From Coriobacteriia bacterium (GTDB lineage: Bacteria; Actinomycetota; Coriobacteriia; Anaerosomatales; JAAXUF01): a DNA stretch of 38,564 nt. Position 1 is the stretch's first letter. Each line of letters opens with the position of its first letter. The DNA is taken from the NCBI GenBank assembly GCA_037140395.1, contig JBAXEO010000003.1, positions 1 through 38,564 on the forward strand, in the 5' to 3' direction. Of this stretch, positions 36,491-38,564 are shown piece after piece. A model generated the notes under the pieces. That model made no database searches. It was not told where the DNA came from and saw only the letters and a list, made by a program, of their open reading frames with translations. Position numbers and translations under genes: made by a program.

Positions 36491-36643
36491 GCGTAGTGCT
36501 CCGTTTCATTCGCTGGACGAAACCGCATTTCTTGCGTTTTCGCTGCCGGCCGCTCGCCGCCGACTGACTTCACCGAGCAGAATCCTATCAGATGCCCAAG
36601 GCCCGACACGTGGCCGGGCCAAAGTGGCAATCCGTGTTTCCTA

Positions 36644-36841
36644 TTAGAGCTCCTCGACCTTGACGAGGTGCTTGACCTTGAAAATCATTCCGAGGACCGC
36701 GGGCGAGGCCGACTGAACGACTGAGTCGTTCATCCGCTTGAGACCAAGAGCGCGAACCGTACGCTTCTGGTCGGCAGGAAAACCGATCCCACTCTTGATC
36801 TGGGTAACCTTGAGCTGCTTCTCGGCTGGCTTCTTTGCCAT
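36644..36841 (-). CDS. rpmD: 50S ribosomal protein L30
   Basis: LKVTQIKSGIG...TVRALGL...GMIFKVKHLV; spc operon position. Confidence 0.96.
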   Translation of the reverse strand: MAKKPAEKQLKVTQIKSGIGFPADQKRTVRALGLKRMNDSVVQSASPAVLGMIFKVKHLVKVEEL

Positions 36842-36844
36842 GGG

Positions 36845-37357
36845 TTACTCCTCCCAGCCGTAGATCTGGCCCACGGTCATGCCGCGACGGCGGGCGATGT
36901 CCTGAGGGCTGGCAAGGGACTGTAGCCCTTGGGCGGCTGCCTTGACCATGTTCAGCGCGTTGTCGCTGCCTAGCGACTTTGAGAGCACATCCTTGACGCC
37001 AGCGAGCTCGAGAAGCGCGCGAACGGGACCGCCCGCGATGATGCCGGTACCAGGCGATGCCGGCTTCAGCATCACTCGACCTGCTCCGAACTCTCCGACG
37101 ATGGCGTGCGGCAGCGTGTTGTGCTTGGTCAGCGGCACCTTGAACATGTTCTTCTTGGCGTCTTCGATGCCCTTCTTGATGGCGATCGGCACTTCCTGGG
37201 ACTTGCCCATGCCGACGCCAACGTTACCCGCGCCATCGCCGACGACAACGAGCGCCGTCAGTGCGAAACGACGGCCGCCCTTGACGACCTTCGAAACGCG
37301 ATTGATGTAGACAACCTTCTCCTGAAGATCGGAGGCAGAACTTTCCCTGCGCGCCAT
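36845..37357 (-). CDS. rpsE: 30S ribosomal protein S5
   Basis: [29 protein letters not shown] 37357 fits the GGAGG SD. Confidence 0.98.
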   Translation of the reverse strand: MARRESSASDLQEKVVYINRVSKVVKGGRRFALTALVVVGDGAGNVGVGMGKSQEVPIAIKKGIEDAKKNMFKVPLTKHNTLPHAIVGEFGAGRVMLKPASPGTGIIAGGPVRALLELAGVKDVLSKSLGSDNALNMVKAAAQGLQSLASPQDIARRRGMTVGQIYGWEE

Positions 37358-37368
37358 GTTCATCCTCC

Positions 37369-37737
37369 CTAAAACTCGAGGCCGGCGCTGCGCGCGCCGT
37401 CCGCCAGAGCCTTCACGCGGCCGTGATACAGGCGACCACCGCGGTCAAATACGACCTCGGTGATGCCCGCCTCAGCCGCGCGGCGGCCAACAGTTTCGCC
37501 GACCACGCGCGCAGCGTCGATCGTGGCACCGTTCTTCAGATCGCCGCGCACCTCAGTCTCGACGGTGGAGGCGGCAACCAAGGTGGTTCCCGCGACGTCG
37601 TCGATAACCTGCGCGTAGATATTGGTGTTGGTGCGGGTCACGCGCAAACGCGGACGCGCGGCGGTGCCGCTGACCTTGCCACGTACCCTGCGCTGCCGGC
37701 GTTCGAGCTTCGCCTGCTTCGCCTTCAGCTTGTCCAT
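37369..37737 (-). CDS. rplR: 50S ribosomal protein L18
   Basis: [25 protein letters not shown]. Confidence 0.98.
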   Translation of the reverse strand: MDKLKAKQAKLERRQRRVRGKVSGTAARPRLRVTRTNTNIYAQVIDDVAGTTLVAASTVETEVRGDLKNGATIDAARVVGETVGRRAAEAGITEVVFDRGGRLYHGRVKALADGARSAGLEF

Positions 37738-37793
37738 GTGCTCACTACTCTCCTCGATCTCACCGGCCGGCGGGCCGGATCACTACACAGCAC

Positions 37794-38330
37794 CTACTTG
37801 GCAGCCTTGCCCAGCTTGCGACGCACGCGCTCGCCCTCGTAACGCACACCCTTGCCCTTGTAGGGCTCGGGCTTGCGCCACTTGCGAATGTCCGCGGCAA
37901 CCTGACCGACCTGCTGCTTGTCGATGCCCCGAACGGTGATTCTGGTCGGCTGTGGAACCTCAAAGGTGATGCCCTGCTCCGCCGTGATGACGACGGGGTG
38001 ACTGAAGCCAAGCTGCAGCTCCAAGTCCGAGCCCTTCAGGATCGCACGATAGCCCACGCCTACTATCTCAAGGTTCTTAGAAAACCCATCAGACACGCCG
38101 ATAACCATGTTGGCCACAAGCGTCCTGGTCAGACCGTGCAGCGACCGCGCGGTGCGCGAGTCATCCGGACGAGTCACGACCAGAGTACCGTCCTGCATCT
38201 CAATTGCGAGCACGTCGGTGAAGGTCTGGGTCAGTTCGCCCTTGGGACCTTTGACCGTCACGGTGGAGCCGTCGATCTTGACCTCTACCCCGGACGGGAC
38301 CGGGATGGGCTGTTTGCCGATACGAGACAC
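37794..38330 (-). CDS. rplF: 50S ribosomal protein L6
   Basis: [28 protein letters not shown]. Confidence 0.98.
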   Translation of the reverse strand: MSRIGKQPIPVPSGVEVKIDGSTVTVKGPKGELTQTFTDVLAIEMQDGTLVVTRPDDSRTARSLHGLTRTLVANMVIGVSDGFSKNLEIVGVGYRAILKGSDLELQLGFSHPVVITAEQGITFEVPQPTRITVRGIDKQQVGQVAADIRKWRKPEPYKGKGVRYEGERVRRKLGKAAK

Positions 38331-38357
38331 GGCTTTCGCTCCTTTCCTGTCGTCCGG

Positions 38358-38564
38358 TTACCAGATGTAGGCGATGACTTCGCCGCCGACGCCCTCTTTG
38401 CGGGCGACGCGGTCGGTCATTACGCCACGAGATGTCGAAATAACTGCCACCCCAAGTCCGCCCAATACGCGAGGAAGTTCGTCCTTCTTCGCATACACGC
38501 GCAGACCCGGCTTGCTGATCCGGCGAATGCCGGTGATCGTGCGTTCCTTGCGAGCGCCGTACTT
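38358..38564 (-). CDS. rpsH: 30S ribosomal protein S8, 5' end beyond the window edge
   Basis: Manual translation [24 protein letters not shown]...[10 protein letters not shown]...[11 protein letters not shown]. Confidence 0.96.
   Translation of the reverse strand, partial: KYGARKERTITGIRRISKPGLRVYAKKDELPRVLGGLGVAVISTSRGVMTDRVARKEGVGGEVIAYIW

Noticed and set aside
36500-36592. CUGAUAG...GAAAC in the rpmD-rplO spacer, resembling a hammerhead core
   Set aside because: The core is not CUGANGA and the required three stems cannot be built around it.
1-38564. CRISPR array, tRNA or rRNA genes, transposase or integrase
   Set aside because: No regularly spaced repeats, cloverleaf, rRNA sequence or recombinase motifs were seen. 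The window is almost fully tiled by identified genes.

Overview
High-GC bacterial chromosomal window, most likely class Coriobacteriia (Actinomycetota). I infer this from the RpoA N-terminus MTEFMRP...LGNCMRRVLLSSL and from the gene order. Nearly all genes are on the minus strand. From right to left: the end of the spc operon (rpsH partial, rplF, rplR, rpsE, rpmD, rplO, secY, adk, map); infA, rpmJ and the alpha operon (rpsM, rpsK, rpsD, rpoA, rplQ); an ECF module (ecfA1, ecfA2, ecfT); truA, rplM, rpsI and glmM; a stand-alone PAS protein; a clear glmS ribozyme followed by glmS, acpS, nnr and alr. Next come a complete Thermus-like A/V-type ATPase operon (G/H-I-K-E-C-F-A-B-D), one orphan plus-strand ORF, and a nitroreductase-UDG-tsaE-tsaB-[rimI-tsaD fusion] operon. 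The leftmost 4.8 kb is accessory and defence-island-like. It holds a Phd/RelE toxin-antitoxin pair, an AAA/DUF4143-type ATPase followed directly by an AEP primase-SF2 helicase fusion, and an AbrB/MazE-type antitoxin that runs off the window edge and is missing from the ORF track. The best candidates for something undescribed are the AAA ATPase plus primase-helicase module and several structured intergenic leaders (rpmD-rplO, the ATPase leader, the orphan ORF's translation start). Family calls come from motif recognition by eye; no searches were run.
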